Origin: a virus
Lineage: Duplodnaviria; Heunggongvirae; Uroviricota; Caudoviricetes
Length of the DNA: 6,502 nucleotides
Virus record (IMG/VR): IMGVR_UViG_2711768006_000011
Strand: one strand, 5' to 3'
The translations under genes were made by a program, and so were the position numbers. The notes under the pieces were generated by a model. That model searched no databases. It had not been told where the DNA came from and saw only the letters and a program-made list of their open reading frames with translations. Shown here one piece after another: positions 6,003 through 6,502 of this stretch. Within the stretch, counting starts at the first letter, position 1. The number at the start of each line of letters is the position of its first letter.

Positions 6003-6166
6003 GCCGTAGCCCCTTCTTGATATTTTTCAAACCAGAACACAACCGGCTCTGCTTCCAGCGATGCCAGCGCAATCCGTGCCAGTTCCATTTGTTCACCACG
6101 GGTAAGCCCGTTTTCAAGCGGGTTTTTAATGAACAATTCAATACGTTCTTTGGTAATAGTGGTCAT
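5999..6166 (-). CDS. Hypothetical small prophage protein, 55 aa (below the ORF-track cutoff; found by manual translation)
   Basis: Minus strand TTAAGGAGTAACAC-ATG gives a strong Shine-Dalgarno; translation [55 protein letters not shown]; stop overlaps the start of the 114-aa gene. Confidence 0.6.
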   Translation of the reverse strand: MTTITKERIELFIKNPLENGLTRGEQMELARIALASLEAEPVVFWFEKYQEGATA

Positions 6167-6176
6167 GTGTTACTCC

Positions 6177-6375
6177 TTAACCCGCAGTGCTTTCAACTGA
6201 TGAGGGGAACAAAATCTTTTCATCAAACCCTGCATTCATATCATGAACAGCAACACACCAATCCATCGACGAACGATTATCAAGAGCCTCCATGATTTCA
6301 TCCATGCGGCGTAGGTCATACAGGTAAATGCTTTTATCGCCAATGGTGTAAAAGCCAATTTTTTTCGGTGATGGA
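6177..6375 (-). pseudogene. 3' remnant of a prophage gene truncated by the IS insertion (chimeric ORF with an IS-supplied start codon)
   Basis: The tool ORF 6177-6407 starts inside the IS end; the first 10 codons (MVVSAIASTP) are IS-derived. The frame stays open across the 6375/6376 junction and stops at 6177, just before the Shine-Dalgarno of the 55-aa gene. Confidence 0.45.
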
Positions 6376-6502
6376 TGAGGTGTACTGGCAATAGCGGACA
6401 CTACCATTTGTTCTTTTTTTAAGCAGCCATCTGATGATATTTTTCCCTGAAGGCTGCCGGGGAGATATTCCCCAGACGAGAGTGACGACGCTGACGATTG
6501 TA
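6376..6502 (-). mobile_element. IS3-family insertion sequence, right end (partial), inverted relative to the copy at 1-127
   Basis: Exact reverse complement of 1-127; transposase C-terminal fragment at 6419-6502 on the minus strand. Confidence 0.65.

Noticed and set aside
5950-6141. 63-aa minus-strand ORF from the ORF track
   Set aside because: Out of frame with the manually found 55-aa gene (5999-6166), which has a strong Shine-Dalgarno, an ATGA overlap with the next gene and paralogy to it.
6017-6295. 92-aa plus-strand ORF
   Set aside because: Antisense to the 55-aa gene and the truncated remnant; no ribosome-binding site noted.
1-6502. CRISPR array or other direct-repeat array
   Set aside because: No regularly spaced direct repeats seen; the only long repeat is the terminal inverted IS pair.

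Overview
The window reads as a lambdoid prophage regulatory segment, with every credible gene on the minus strand, bracketed by two inverted copies of an IS3-family insertion sequence end. The first 127 bp and last 127 bp are perfect reverse complements of each other and carry the 3' end of a transposase gene. Reading the minus strand from high to low coordinates: a gene remnant truncated by the right IS copy; two tandem paralogous small genes (55 and 114 aa); a Hok/Gef-family type I toxin with a UUCG-loop terminator; a 93-aa ORF; a DUF968-like protein with a C-terminal HNH-type motif; RusA Holliday-junction resolvase; a Q-like antiterminator with four CxxC zinc-knuckle motifs; a pR'-like promoter and tR'-like terminator; a 65-aa putative winged-helix protein; an orphan beta-class N6-adenine methyltransferase; and a partial tRNA with a CAU anticodon that runs into a 126-nt N run. 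The most unusual sequence-level signals are eight Chi octamers (GCTGGTGG) in 6.5 kb, two of them forming a perfect 12-bp hairpin in the methyltransferase leader, and the IS boundary sitting where Stx-type phages carry cargo downstream of the tRNA genes. I could not identify a clearly novel system by eye. The best candidates are the small-gene pair upstream of hok and the winged-helix plus methyltransferase module with its Chi palindrome. All homology calls are from memory of protein families, not from a database search.
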